NCBI GenBank assembly: GCA_036140815.1
Contig: JAYZXX010000046.1
Location: forward strand, 1-60,551
DNA: 60,551 nt
Direction: 5' to 3'
Origin: Bdellovibrionota bacterium
GTDB taxonomy: Bacteria; Bdellovibrionota; Bdellovibrionia; Bdellovibrionales; UBA840
The notes beneath the pieces are model-generated. The model saw only the letters and a list, made by a program, of their open reading frames with translations. It was not told the origin of the DNA and made no database searches. Both the position numbers and the translations under genes were made by a program. Of the stretch, positions 17,676-27,721 are shown piece by piece. Within the stretch, counting starts at the first letter, position 1, and each line of letters starts with the position of its first letter.

Positions 17676-18797
17676 TTATTTACTTAATTTTTGTAGCTGA
17701 TTGATTCTTAGTTTTTCTCTTAAACCTAAGTTTGTACCTGCACTACCTGTATTGCGAAAAACGATACTATCTTTAAATTCAGCAAAGCATTTTTTAGCTA
17801 GGGCAGAGTGAGGTTTGTTGCGAACACAATATTCATAATAGTTTTCGTGCATATCCCAAAATGCAGGGTCATTGATATTTTGATACGACTGACCGAGTAA
17901 AAAATAAACTTCAGCCTTCTCAGAGTCCTTTACTTTCTTTTCTCTAAGTAAATCATGTAGAGACTGGGCCGCAATCAAGCTTTCAATCAAGGCGGAGTCA
18001 TCAGTGATATATTCTTTTTTGTTCTCAGCCTTACTAACGAGCTTTTTAATTTTTGGCAAACTATCTCGATCTTTCAGATCAGGAAGATCCTTGATGCTTT
18101 CAATGAGTTTTTGCGTTTTTGCAGCTAAAGAGTCTTTCATTTTCAACTTTGCATAGAATGCTTCTAATTTACTTAGAATTTCTTCCTTTTTTAGGTTCAT
18201 GCGGATGGCAACAACAGCATATTTGCTAAGAATGTTTTCCATTTCTAGCTTACTTTCTTTGCTTGAGACGAATCCATCAATTCTTTCTTCTAGAAACATT
18301 TTAGCACTTGCAAAGTCACGCATGGCTACTAGGTAATTAATTTTTTCTTCCGTACTTAACCATTTGGATACGTATTGTTTATGAGGCGCACTCCACTGTG
18401 TTTTTTTGTAAGCTTGTGTGTGACATTGAAAGCAGCGATTTAAAGCAGACTTTAAAGTAGACTTGGCGAATGCATAGTTTTTTTCTTTAAAGGCCTTTTG
18501 CCCGGTCTTTAGATCCTCTTTTAGCTGCTCAATGATATAAGGGAAAGCGGGGTCACCACTTTCGGAGGAGTCCTTTATCTTTCCATCTAATTGGTCACTA
18601 ACTTTCACCAGATAGTTTAAGCCTTCAGAGATTTCCTTGGTTTGGGTGTTATTTGAGAACTCTTTGTCTGAAAATAAGAAGATAGAGAGCTTTGAGATAC
18701 TGGCGCGCATTTTTTGCATTTCTAAGCGCCATGACTCTGTTTTCGCAAAAGCTAAGGTTGGAAGGATCAATAATGAAATCAATAGATGTTTACGCAT
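17676..18797 (-). CDS. Exported hypothetical protein with a single CXXCH heme-c motif; last gene of the cbb3 cluster
   Basis: Signal peptide 'MRKHLLISLLILPTLAFA|KT'. A single 'CFQCH' motif. Otherwise helical and repeat-like. Same strand as the cco genes and 15 nt downstream of them. Confidence 0.55.
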   Translation of the reverse strand: MRKHLLISLLILPTLAFAKTESWRLEMQKMRASISKLSIFLFSDKEFSNNTQTKEISEGLNYLVKVSDQLDGKIKDSSESGDPAFPYIIEQLKEDLKTGQKAFKEKNYAFAKSTLKSALNRCFQCHTQAYKKTQWSAPHKQYVSKWLSTEEKINYLVAMRDFASAKMFLEERIDGFVSSKESKLEMENILSKYAVVAIRMNLKKEEILSKLEAFYAKLKMKDSLAAKTQKLIESIKDLPDLKDRDSLPKIKKLVSKAENKKEYITDDSALIESLIAAQSLHDLLREKKVKDSEKAEVYFLLGQSYQNINDPAFWDMHENYYEYCVRNKPHSALAKKCFAEFKDSIVFRNTGSAGTNLGLREKLRINQLQKLSK

Positions 18798-18812
18798 ATG
18801 ATGTCCTTGAAT

Positions 18813-19535
18813 TTAGTGACAAGACTCTTGATCGTGCATTTCTTGTCTCGGTTCTTCTTGATAAAGTTTTTGGTACTTAAAATTCGTTATACGATAAGTA
18901 GAGAATAGAATCAGTCCACTTGCAAATAAAATCTGCACTTTGCGAAAAGAAAAAGCCGAACTTAAAGAATATCCTTTTTGTAGAAGTATAAGCACTAAAA
19001 AGTTGGGAAACCAAAAGCAGAAAGTCCAAAGGTAAGTGTGACTTAGTGTGGGTGCTAAACTAACGACAATTAAAAAAGAGTATAGCCAGCCACAAGGTAT
19101 GAAGCCATTTACAAAGCCGATGACTGCAGGTTTTAAAAGATTTCTTCTTGCTAAAAAATTACCAACTTTTTGAAAAGGAAAAATAGAATTTGAACTTTTC
19201 CTCTTGAGGGGACTCCAGTTGGAATTTTTAAGTATTAAATACCCACCCATTGCCAACAAGCTGAGTAAAAGTGAAAGCTCCGCTACAGAGCTAATACTTT
19301 GCCAAATGGCTGAAGCCTTTAAACTAATTCGAAAATAAAAAATTATGCTAGCTAGGATTAGGTAAGAAACTAGTCTTGCAAGATGGTATTTCACGGAATC
19401 AGAAACAGACTTATTAAATCCTAAGCATAAGGGGCCGCACATGCTAATACAGTGTAGCCCACCAAAGGCACTAAGAGCTAAAATTCCAAAGGGCACGATC
19501 CATTGGCCGGAGTTAACCATTTCTAAAAAATTCAC
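18813..19535 (-). CDS. Polytopic membrane protein, DsbD_2/TauE-like family commonly linked to cbb3 clusters
   Basis: 'GGLHCISMCGPLC' motif in the first TM helix and a second 'FIPCGWLY' helix. The GTG start overlaps the ccoG stop (GTGA). Confidence 0.6.
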   Translation of the reverse strand: MNFLEMVNSGQWIVPFGILALSAFGGLHCISMCGPLCLGFNKSVSDSVKYHLARLVSYLILASIIFYFRISLKASAIWQSISSVAELSLLLSLLAMGGYLILKNSNWSPLKRKSSNSIFPFQKVGNFLARRNLLKPAVIGFVNGFIPCGWLYSFLIVVSLAPTLSHTYLWTFCFWFPNFLVLILLQKGYSLSSAFSFRKVQILFASGLILFSTYRITNFKYQKLYQEEPRQEMHDQESCH

Positions 19536-20938
19536 TCAATCACCTCGGCACTAGGTCCTTTAAGCTGGTAAGAAATACTTTGTAAAAGCTTTTCTTTTTC
19601 AAAGACCTCGATATTAACTGTTTTTCCAACTTGCTTAAAGTCTTCTATTTGCAATATCAAGGTAACATTGATGTTTTTTTCAGGACTTAAATTGTAAACA
19701 GGAATAGGGTTGATCATTCTAGTGTCAGATTCCTGGTTTTTTAGTTTAAAGGAAATAGCATGCTCATTACTTGAATGATTCATGACCTTAATTTGTACTA
19801 TATTTTGAATTAGCTTAGAGCTTTCATTTTCAACGACTTGGTAAGGTAGAGCTTGTTGTCGTAAAAGCTGAAACTCAAGGTCTTTTTTTCCAGCTAGGCT
19901 ATAGATAAGTGCCGAACTAAGAAAAATTAGTAAAATACTGTATACGACACTTCTTACATTAAAACGTTGAACTTTTCTTCCTTGTAGTTCTCTTTCTGAG
20001 GTATAACGAATTAAGCCTTTTGGCTTTTTCAATTTTTCCATCACATCGTCACAGGCATCAATACAGGCGGTGCAAGCTATACACTCCATTTGTGTACCAT
20101 TTCTGATATCAATACCAGTAGGGCAGACGGTGACACATTTATTGCAATCAATGCAATCACCTTTAGCGCTATTGTCTTCATTTCTTTTCAGTTTTCCACG
20201 GGGCTCACCACGCTTTTCATCATAAGCCACTAACATACTATTGGTGTCCATTAAGACCGATTGAAATCTTCCGTAAGGACAAACAATTGTACAAAACTGT
20301 TCTCTAAACCAAACAAAATCAAAAAGAACACCACCAAAAAATACCATCATGACAGCAAAGCTCTCAGGGTTATCATAGGGACTATGTCCCATCATTTCAA
20401 ATAAGTGCTCTTTTCCTACGAAGTAGGCAAGGAAACTATTTGAAAAGATCCAAGCTAAAACAACAAAGATAGAATATTTTAAAAATCTCTTACTGATTTT
20501 TTCAAAATTCCAGTTTTGCTTTTGAAGCTTACGCCTTTTTAAATGATTTCCTTCTATAAGAATTTCTATCTGTCTAAAAACTCGCTCGATAAATACGGTT
20601 TGGGGACAGGCCCATCCACACCAAACTCTACCCCATAAGGCGGTTGCAAAGAAAAGTCCGAAGGCGAGTATTGCGAAAACAAAAAAGACCAATGGAGCAT
20701 CTGTTGCCCAAAGGTCTATCCCAAAAAGTATAAATCTACGATCAGCCACATTAAAAAGAAGTAGTGGCTTATCATTAATTTCAATCCAAGGAATGGCTAG
20801 GAAAATGAAAAGCAGGACCCATTGAAAGTAAAAGCGCCTTTTGTGCCAGTGACCTTTTACTACCGCAGGAATCACTGTTAATCTTTGGCCGCTTTCGGTT
20901 TGAGTCGTCAACTGACTATCTAACTTTTCATTTTCCAT
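19532..20938 (-). CDS. ccoG: Cytochrome c oxidase accessory protein CcoG (4Fe-4S ferredoxin-type membrane protein)
   Basis: 'WGRVWCGWACPQTVF', 'CTIVCPYGRFQ', two ferredoxin clusters 'CIDCNKCVTVCPTGIDIR' and 'CIACTACIDACD', and a C-terminal Ig-like region. Confidence 0.9.
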   Translation of the reverse strand: MENEKLDSQLTTQTESGQRLTVIPAVVKGHWHKRRFYFQWVLLFIFLAIPWIEINDKPLLLFNVADRRFILFGIDLWATDAPLVFFVFAILAFGLFFATALWGRVWCGWACPQTVFIERVFRQIEILIEGNHLKRRKLQKQNWNFEKISKRFLKYSIFVVLAWIFSNSFLAYFVGKEHLFEMMGHSPYDNPESFAVMMVFFGGVLFDFVWFREQFCTIVCPYGRFQSVLMDTNSMLVAYDEKRGEPRGKLKRNEDNSAKGDCIDCNKCVTVCPTGIDIRNGTQMECIACTACIDACDDVMEKLKKPKGLIRYTSERELQGRKVQRFNVRSVVYSILLIFLSSALIYSLAGKKDLEFQLLRQQALPYQVVENESSKLIQNIVQIKVMNHSSNEHAISFKLKNQESDTRMINPIPVYNLSPEKNINVTLILQIEDFKQVGKTVNIEVFEKEKLLQSISYQLKGPSAEVIE

Positions 20939-20944
20939 AATTAC

Positions 20945-21529
20945 CTACTCGACTAAATTACCTTGAGCTTCTTTTTGATTAGGTGGATTGGTGCCCTTAA
21001 TGCTCTCAATGTAATAGGAAACAGTAATTACATCCTTCATACCCATCACTTGTCCCCAGGCAGGCATTCCTTTTTCAGTCACACCATTTTCAACCACTTT
21101 AACCACTTCAGAAAGACTTCCGTCCCCGTGAATCCAATACTTATCCACTAAATTTGGTCCAATTCCTCCCTCACCAGCTTGCCCATGGCAGGCCGCACAG
21201 CGAGAGGTGTAAACTTGGTTTCCTTCCGCGATTGCTTCAGGAGTATTTAGTTCCTTAATCATGTCCTCTACGGAAACCGCTGCACGTTTACTTTCCATTT
21301 TAGCAGTATGTTCTGCCAAGCTATTTTCATAGCTTTGGGCAATGGTTTCAGCAGACTCAGAAGTGTAGTGGATGTAATAGATGATTCCAAACATAATAGA
21401 ACCAACAAACAGCCAGGTTAGCCAAAATGGCATCCCATTATTAAGCTCCTTGATCCCATCGTAATCATGATCAAGGATCTCCTCATCCGAAAAAAGTTCG
21501 TCTTTTTTTAAATTTTTATCATCACTCAT
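20945..21529 (-). CDS. ccoP: cbb3-type cytochrome c oxidase subunit CcoP, short monoheme form
   Basis: FixP_N-like 'DHDYDGIKELNNGMPFWLTWLF'. One heme motif 'CAACHGQAGEGGIGPNL' and a distal 'GMPAW'. The 194 aa contain only one CXXCH. Confidence 0.85.
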   Translation of the reverse strand: MSDDKNLKKDELFSDEEILDHDYDGIKELNNGMPFWLTWLFVGSIMFGIIYYIHYTSESAETIAQSYENSLAEHTAKMESKRAAVSVEDMIKELNTPEAIAEGNQVYTSRCAACHGQAGEGGIGPNLVDKYWIHGDGSLSEVVKVVENGVTEKGMPAWGQVMGMKDVITVSYYIESIKGTNPPNQKEAQGNLVE

Positions 21530-21533
21530 GTTC

Positions 21534-21698
21534 TTAATCCTCTAAAGGTAAATTACTCATGTCGTTGTAAAACTTCTTACTTCCTTTTCTGAAAATCCAA
21601 AAAAGCATGCCGCAAAAGATCAGGAAGAAAATTAAAAAACCAATTACACTTAGATCCACAAAGGGATAGTCGCTCAAAGCGAGTCTAACGAGTTTCAT
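21534..21698 (-). CDS. ccoQ: CcoQ/FixQ-like small membrane subunit (54 aa); not in the supplied ORF track
   Basis: My own translation: 'MKLVRLALSDYPFVDLSVIGFLIFFLIFCGMLFWIFRKGSKKFYNDMSNLPLED'. The ATG sits directly after the ccoNO stop and is preceded by GGAGGAG. It has one TM helix and lies between ccoNO and ccoP. Confidence 0.7.
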   Translation of the reverse strand: MKLVRLALSDYPFVDLSVIGFLIFFLIFCGMLFWIFRKGSKKFYNDMSNLPLED

Positions 21699-23837
21699 TT
21701 ACTCCTCCTTTTTTAGCATTGGTTGATCTGAGTCCATCTTTCCAAGTCTTTGTAAGTAGGCGATCAAAGCAACGATTTCATTTTGGCTATAGTCAGTAGT
21801 AAAGCCACCTTCTAGTTTTAAGTTCTCTGCCACTTCTTTTGCCTGAGCTTTTGCCAACTCGATGGATTTTTCGTCATAACCTTCTGGGTATGGAACACCA
21901 AGAGCTTGCATCACACGAATTTTCTTAGGCAGTTGATCGTAGCGAATTTTTGCTTCTTCTAACCAAGCGTAGTTCGGCATGATTGATCCAGCTGAAGTAC
22001 TACGCGGGTCTTTCATATGTTTTAAATGCCAAAGATCAGGATACTTACCACCCAATCTAGCTACGTCTGGCCCTGTACGTTTTGATCCCCACTGGAATGG
22101 ACGATCGTAAATGCTTTCCTCTAGAGTAGATGGAGCACCATAGCGAAGAGTCTCAGCAAGCATTGGGCGAATCATTTGCGAGTGACATACGTAACAGCCT
22201 TCACGAATGTAAATGTCTCGACCCTGTATCTCTAAAGCAGAGTAAGGGACAGTTTTTACAGTCTTAGGAACAAAACTTTGGGCGTAGAAAGTTGGAAGGA
22301 TTTCAAGAACACTACCCACTAAAATTCCTAAAAGACTTAAAATCAGCATGCTAACAGGAAGAGCCTCAAGGTTTCTGTGCCAGCTAGAAGACTTTTGAAC
22401 CACTTCAGGAACAAATGAAGTTTCCTCATCTTGAACCGGTGCTTTCGCCGACTTAACTGTTTTCACAACGTTTAGGATTAAGAAAACATATCCGGCGATA
22501 TACATTGCTCCACCAATGGCACGAACCCAGTACATTGGAATGATTTTTACTAAAGTTTCGATAAAGTCAGGGTAGGCTAATTGACCTTCAGGAGTCACTT
22601 CGTTCAACATCAAACCTTGAGTAATTCCAGCGGTCCACATGGACACTACATAAAGAATGATACCAATCAAGGCTAACCAAAAGTGGTAATTGGCCCAACG
22701 TTTAGAGTAAAGTTCAGTTTTCCATAGTTTCGGTACCAAATAGTAGATCATTCCGAAACCTAATAGGCCGTTCCAACCCAATGCACCGGAGTGAACGTGA
22801 CCAATGATCCAATCTGTGTAGTGGCCTAAGGCACTAACAGATTTAATGGAAAGTAATGGACCTTCAAAAGTCGACATACCGTAGAAAGTTAAAGCGGCTA
22901 CGAAAAACTTTAAGATTGGTTCTTGGCGAACTTTGTACCAAACCCCACGTAAAGTTAATAGACCATTCAACATACCAGCCCAACTAGGCGCCCAAAGCAT
23001 AACACTAAATACCATTCCTAAGGTTTGGGCCCATTCAGGTAAAGCCGTATTTAAAAGATGGTGAGGTCCTGCCCAGATGTAAATGAAAACCAAAGACCAA
23101 AAGTGAACAATAGACATTCTGTAAGAATAAATCGGTCTTTGAGCTACCTTTGGAACGTAATAGTACATTAAACCAAGGAAAGGAGTTGTTAAAAAGAATG
23201 CCACCGCGTTGTGACCATACCACCACTGAACCAAAGCGTCTTGAGCTCCAGCAAATACAGGGTAGGACTGAACCAAACTAACAGGAAGTTCTAAAGAGTT
23301 TACTACGTGTAAAACAGCTACGGTAACAATGGTAGCTAGGTAGAACCAAATCCCCGCATACAAGTGACTTACTCTTCTCTTTACACAAGTACCAACTACG
23401 TTTGTACCAAAGATAATCCAAACCACAGCGATCAAAATATCAATCGGCCACTCAAGTTCGGCGTACTCTTTTGACTGGGTGATTCCTAGTGGAAGAGTTA
23501 CTGCTGCTAGGACAATGATTAACTGCCACCCCCAAAAATGCAATTTAGATAAAGTATCGTTAAACATTCTTGTCTTACATAGTCTCTGTGTAGAGTAATA
23601 GATACCACCAAAAATGGTATTACCGGCGAAAGCAAAAATCGCTGCATTGGTGTGAAGTGGACGAAGTCGACCAAAGGTTAACCATTCTAGGTTAAAGTTA
23701 AAGTGGTGACTTGCTAATTGCAAAGCCGCAAGTAAGCCGGCTAAAAATGCAATCGCGCCCCATGTGATAGTTGCGATTAGAAAGTTTCTGACGATGACAT
23801 CATCGTATTTAAAACTTTCGGCCTTTGGATCCGTCAT
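21699..23837 (-). CDS. ccoNO: Fused cbb3-type cytochrome c oxidase subunits I and II (CcoN-CcoO)
   Basis: Twelve-TM heme-copper oxidase N-terminal part ('WWYGHNAVAFFLT', 'HHLL..', 'IGHVHSGALGW'). CcoO part has 'GCYVCHSQMIRP' and 'GPDLARVGGKY'-like 'GPDVARLGGKY'. Confidence 0.92.
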   Translation of the reverse strand: MTDPKAESFKYDDVIVRNFLIATITWGAIAFLAGLLAALQLASHHFNFNLEWLTFGRLRPLHTNAAIFAFAGNTIFGGIYYSTQRLCKTRMFNDTLSKLHFWGWQLIIVLAAVTLPLGITQSKEYAELEWPIDILIAVVWIIFGTNVVGTCVKRRVSHLYAGIWFYLATIVTVAVLHVVNSLELPVSLVQSYPVFAGAQDALVQWWYGHNAVAFFLTTPFLGLMYYYVPKVAQRPIYSYRMSIVHFWSLVFIYIWAGPHHLLNTALPEWAQTLGMVFSVMLWAPSWAGMLNGLLTLRGVWYKVRQEPILKFFVAALTFYGMSTFEGPLLSIKSVSALGHYTDWIIGHVHSGALGWNGLLGFGMIYYLVPKLWKTELYSKRWANYHFWLALIGIILYVVSMWTAGITQGLMLNEVTPEGQLAYPDFIETLVKIIPMYWVRAIGGAMYIAGYVFLILNVVKTVKSAKAPVQDEETSFVPEVVQKSSSWHRNLEALPVSMLILSLLGILVGSVLEILPTFYAQSFVPKTVKTVPYSALEIQGRDIYIREGCYVCHSQMIRPMLAETLRYGAPSTLEESIYDRPFQWGSKRTGPDVARLGGKYPDLWHLKHMKDPRSTSAGSIMPNYAWLEEAKIRYDQLPKKIRVMQALGVPYPEGYDEKSIELAKAQAKEVAENLKLEGGFTTDYSQNEIVALIAYLQRLGKMDSDQPMLKKEE

Positions 23838-24004
23838 TGTTTTTCTCCCTGATTTGGTTGAACTGGTTGATCATCAATTAAAACACGATATGCCGGCGTA
23901 TCGAGATCATCAAATTGACCTTTTTTGCTCGCCCATACAAAGGCGACAACAAAACTTAACGCTAGCAACATCGCAATTATTACTAAAAAACTTACGATTT
24001 CCAT
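23834..24004 (-). CDS. ccoS: cbb3 oxidase maturation protein CcoS (56 aa); not in the supplied ORF track
   Basis: My own translation: 'MEIVSFLVIIAMLLALSFVVAFVWASKKGQFDDLDTPAYRVLIDDQPVQPNQGEKQ'. It carries the CcoS hallmark 'W..K.GQFDDL..PA.R.L.DD'. AGGAG RBS. The start overlaps the ccoI end, and the stop overlaps the ccoNO ATG (ATGA). Confidence 0.85.
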   Translation of the reverse strand: MEIVSFLVIIAMLLALSFVVAFVWASKKGQFDDLDTPAYRVLIDDQPVQPNQGEKQ

Positions 24005-26406
24005 AGTTGCTCCTGATTTTTAAACCGTGACTCACGCAACATAAAAACACTCTTACCACTTAATACAAAGGATTGAATTGGCATGATAAAGGCAGCTTGA
24101 AGAGGACTTAATAAACCTGAAAGAGCTAGGTAAATAAATACAACATTGGCCGCTAGACTCAACATATAATTACTGAGAATATTGTTTCGTAAGGCTTTGG
24201 CTAGAGCAAGTAGGTCTACTATTTTCTCTAGTTTTGCCTCTTCTAAACAGATGTCTGCACTCTGGTTCGCAAAGTCGATACTGTTGGTGGTGGCAATTCC
24301 AATATCAGCCACTTTTAAGGCCATAGCATCGTTGGCCCCATCACCGATCATTAAACTATTATTAGATTTTTTAACAATGCTAGCTTTATCTTCAGGTTTT
24401 ACTTCTGCAAAATAGTTTTTAATATTCAATATCTCTGCAATTTTTTCTACAGAACTTTTCTTATCGCCGCTAAGCAGGACTAAATGGTAAGCTTTTCTTT
24501 GTAGTTCCTTAATAAATTTAGGAATGCTTTTCTTTAAAAAAGAGTTTGCGTGTAGTTTTGCAATTTCTTTTCCGTTTTTAGTTAATACTAAAGTGTGTTG
24601 AAACTCTGCAGAGCTATCGCTGCCAGTTATAATGTATTCATTGCCCTTGTAATTCATCGAGACCTGTTTTCCTAAAATTTCTTTAGGAAGAAGGCTTTCA
24701 TCTTCTTCTAGGTAAGAGTCTTCATTTAAACAAAAGTTTCTGATTGCCAAAGCAAAAGGATGAGCGGAGTATTTTTCTAATTGGTATAAAAGAAAAAGAA
24801 TGTCGTTCTTAGAAAAGCTTTTGTCCAAGATTTGCAGCTCATCGATTTCAATGTCTCTATGGGTTAGGGTACCTGTTTTATCTAAAAAGATATTTTGAAC
24901 CTGATTCAGTTTATCTAGAGCCATGGGGTTTTTAATAAAAATTCCCCATGCTTTTAAAAGATCACTAGCTCGGCGTATACTTAAAGGAGTTGCAATTGCG
25001 AAAGCACAAGGACAACTAATAATTAGCACTGCCAAGGCAACCTCCATGGCTGCTTGTAAACCAGAGTTTTGTTCCCAATAGAAAAAACCGGCGAAGGCGA
25101 AGAGGTAGCTCATAAGGCTCAAGTATTTCGCGTACTTTTCAGCTTCAGAATTAAAATGATTTTTTTGTAGACGATCGGTTTCTGAGAACAATTTATAAAT
25201 TTCAGAAAACTCTTGAGTTTTATTTACTTCAAGGATGATGCTTTTACTCAGGTTTTTTGAACCAGCTAAAATTGTATCGCCATTTTGTTTCAGTACAGGC
25301 TGAAACTCTCCAGTAACCATGGATTCGTCCATCATAGCTGAAGTTGATACCAGTTTTGAGTCACAGCTTACATAAGAGTTTTTATGGGACCAGTAGTGAT
25401 CACCGATGGATAGATTTTTACTTAGGCATTCTTCAGTCTTTCCAGCTTTCAAAATCCTTTCGCTTAATTCAGGAAAATAAGGGCTTTCTTTTTTGGGCTT
25501 TTTAAGGCTTTCCCATTGAACGTATTTTATAAGATACCTTGAACTAAGTATTAGAAATACAAAGCCTGCGATACTATCAAAATAAATCGCCGAGTTTCCA
25601 GATAAATAGTGCCAATAACTGGTAAAGGTACCAAATAAAATGGCGAGGCTTAGGCTTATATCAATTGAGAAGCGAAAGTTTCGTATGGATTGGATAGCAT
25701 TTTTATAAAACTCAGTCGCTGAATAGAATAGGATTACCAACATTAATCCAGCACTGATATGGTTAAAGAGTACAGCCTCTTTCCCTGTAGCTCCACCATA
25801 AATTGAAGTAGACATAAGCATGATGTTTCCGGTAATGGCAGCTGTAATACCAATTTTCGTAATAGCATCACGTTTTTCTTTATCGATTTTGTTTTTTAAA
25901 TCCTCAATGCTTTTAAGGGGCTGGGCTTTATAACCAAATTTCGAAATTAAATTTAAAATCTCAGAGATCTTTTGATCTTTTTCAATCTCCATTTGTAGAA
26001 GAGATTTACCCATATTAAGTTTTGCGCTTAAGACTCCATTTAGAATTTGTGGGATTCTCTCTAAAATCCAAAGGCAGGCAGCGCAATGAATGCCTTCAAC
26101 GTATAAGTTTAGTTGGAAAGATTGTCCGAGATCCTGGGTGTACTCGGATTTAAGCTCATGGAAATCGTATTTTTCGAAACCAGTAGCAAGATTATTGGCT
26201 TTTTCTCCATCATTGGTTTTAAGCCTATAATATTCATTTAGGCCTAAGCCGTTAATGAACTGGAAAACATTCTCACAGCCGATACAGCAGAACTCACGAC
26301 GACTGTCGGGACAAACTGTCCCACAGTGTTTACAGTATTTAAGCTCTGTAATGCCATTATTTTCGATTTGAGCTAATTTATCCATACTCACGCTTCTCAT
26401 TTCCAC
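23992..26406 (-). CDS. ccoI: Copper-translocating P1B-type ATPase CcoI/FixI
   Basis: N-terminal Cys-rich 'CKHCGTVCPDSRREFCCIGCENVF', metal-binding-like 'GIHCAACLW', 'SCPCAF', 'DKTGTLT' and 'GDGANDA'. Confidence 0.9.
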   Translation of the reverse strand: MEMRSVSMDKLAQIENNGITELKYCKHCGTVCPDSRREFCCIGCENVFQFINGLGLNEYYRLKTNDGEKANNLATGFEKYDFHELKSEYTQDLGQSFQLNLYVEGIHCAACLWILERIPQILNGVLSAKLNMGKSLLQMEIEKDQKISEILNLISKFGYKAQPLKSIEDLKNKIDKEKRDAITKIGITAAITGNIMLMSTSIYGGATGKEAVLFNHISAGLMLVILFYSATEFYKNAIQSIRNFRFSIDISLSLAILFGTFTSYWHYLSGNSAIYFDSIAGFVFLILSSRYLIKYVQWESLKKPKKESPYFPELSERILKAGKTEECLSKNLSIGDHYWSHKNSYVSCDSKLVSTSAMMDESMVTGEFQPVLKQNGDTILAGSKNLSKSIILEVNKTQEFSEIYKLFSETDRLQKNHFNSEAEKYAKYLSLMSYLFAFAGFFYWEQNSGLQAAMEVALAVLIISCPCAFAIATPLSIRRASDLLKAWGIFIKNPMALDKLNQVQNIFLDKTGTLTHRDIEIDELQILDKSFSKNDILFLLYQLEKYSAHPFALAIRNFCLNEDSYLEEDESLLPKEILGKQVSMNYKGNEYIITGSDSSAEFQHTLVLTKNGKEIAKLHANSFLKKSIPKFIKELQRKAYHLVLLSGDKKSSVEKIAEILNIKNYFAEVKPEDKASIVKKSNNSLMIGDGANDAMALKVADIGIATTNSIDFANQSADICLEEAKLEKIVDLLALAKALRNNILSNYMLSLAANVVFIYLALSGLLSPLQAAFIMPIQSFVLSGKSVFMLRESRFKNQEQLWKS

Positions 26407-26629
26407 CTATATGTCTTAATAGGGCAAAGACTATGCCGAGCTTAAATTTTGAACAAAAATTTGCCATATGCCAATGTGTTTCTTTTCCACTGATTTTCAA
26501 GTACCAAGTTAGAGGCATTGTTACTAAATAGGTTTCATAAAGTCCCAAAGAGAAAAACTATGAGGTATATAATCCCAATAAACTGCATCTGTTTGACAGT
26601 CCTGTTTAAAATTGCGATCAATACAAGCC

Positions 26630-27721
26630 ATGTCATTGGAAATATTGAGAGATCCACAAAATATATTTTTTCGCTGTGTTGAAGATTGTAGTGAGTCCAT
26701 AATGATCACTAACAAAGATAACCAACTGGTTTATGTTAATCCCGCCTGGCAAAGAATTTATGGATACTCCTACGAGGAGGCCACTAAGGACACGCCTCGT
26801 ATTCTGCGCGCTGAATCCCAAGATCCAGAGTTTTATAAGGTAATGTGGGCGGATATTTTAGATCCTGAAAAGGGCTATTGGCGTGGTGAAATTATCAATA
26901 AAACCAAAAATGGTGAAAAGGTTCCTGTTTTACTGACCATTACACCTTTCAAAGGATCCGAAGGCAATGTCACTGGTTATATGGGAATTGCTGTAGATAT
27001 TCGTGAAAAGAAAAAATTAGAAGAGCAAATCATGCACCAAGATCGATTGGCTTCGGTGGGTATGCTTGCATCTGGTTTAGCCCATGAAATAGGAACTCCT
27101 CTGGGTACCATTCGTGGCCGAGCAGAACTTCTACAAATGGCACCGCAGTTAACCGATATGATGAAAAGTGGTCTATCAGTGATTATTAGTCAGATTGACC
27201 GAGTATCTAAACTAATCGATTCTTTACTGCGAATTTCTAGATCGAAGCAAAGTGTAGAGCTAATGCCAATGCGCTTAAGTCCGATTTTTCATGAATTGGG
27301 TGAGTTACTGTTTCAAAAAGCTAAATATTCAAATGTGGAAATTCAACTGGATTGCCCTGAAGATTTAAAAGTAAATGGGGAGCGTGCTCGTTTTACCCAA
27401 GTTTTATTAAATTTAAGCATCAACGCCATTCATGCCATCCAAGAAAGACAAAAATTGCAACCGTCATTAGAAGGTAAAATCATACTTTCTGCGAAAAAAC
27501 ATGGCGATACCGTGGTAGTGAAGGTGCAAGACAATGGTTGTGGTATCCCAGATGAAAACCTAACTAATCTTTTTAAGCCTTTCTTTACAACAAAAGATAT
27601 AGGAATGGGTACCGGCCTTGGCTTAGCAATCGTTAATCGAATAGTGGATGAATTGAATGGTAAGATCTTTGTTGAGTCTACTTTAAATGTTGGTACTGAA
27701 TTCATTATTGAGTTTGTCTAA
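26630..27721 (+). CDS. PAS-domain sensor histidine kinase (cytoplasmic, NtrB-like)
   Basis: PAS region 'IMITNKDNQLVYVNPAWQRIYGYSYEEA'. H-box 'LASGLAHEIGTPLGTIRG'. N-box 'QVLLNLSINAIHA'. G-boxes 'DNGCGIP' and 'GTGLGLAIV'. ATG at 26630 preferred over the TTG at 26612. Confidence 0.88.
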   Translation: MSLEILRDPQNIFFRCVEDCSESIMITNKDNQLVYVNPAWQRIYGYSYEEATKDTPRILRAESQDPEFYKVMWADILDPEKGYWRGEIINKTKNGEKVPVLLTITPFKGSEGNVTGYMGIAVDIREKKKLEEQIMHQDRLASVGMLASGLAHEIGTPLGTIRGRAELLQMAPQLTDMMKSGLSVIISQIDRVSKLIDSLLRISRSKQSVELMPMRLSPIFHELGELLFQKAKYSNVEIQLDCPEDLKVNGERARFTQVLLNLSINAIHAIQERQKLQPSLEGKIILSAKKHGDTVVVKVQDNGCGIPDENLTNLFKPFFTTKDIGMGTGLGLAIVNRIVDELNGKIFVESTLNVGTEFIIEFV

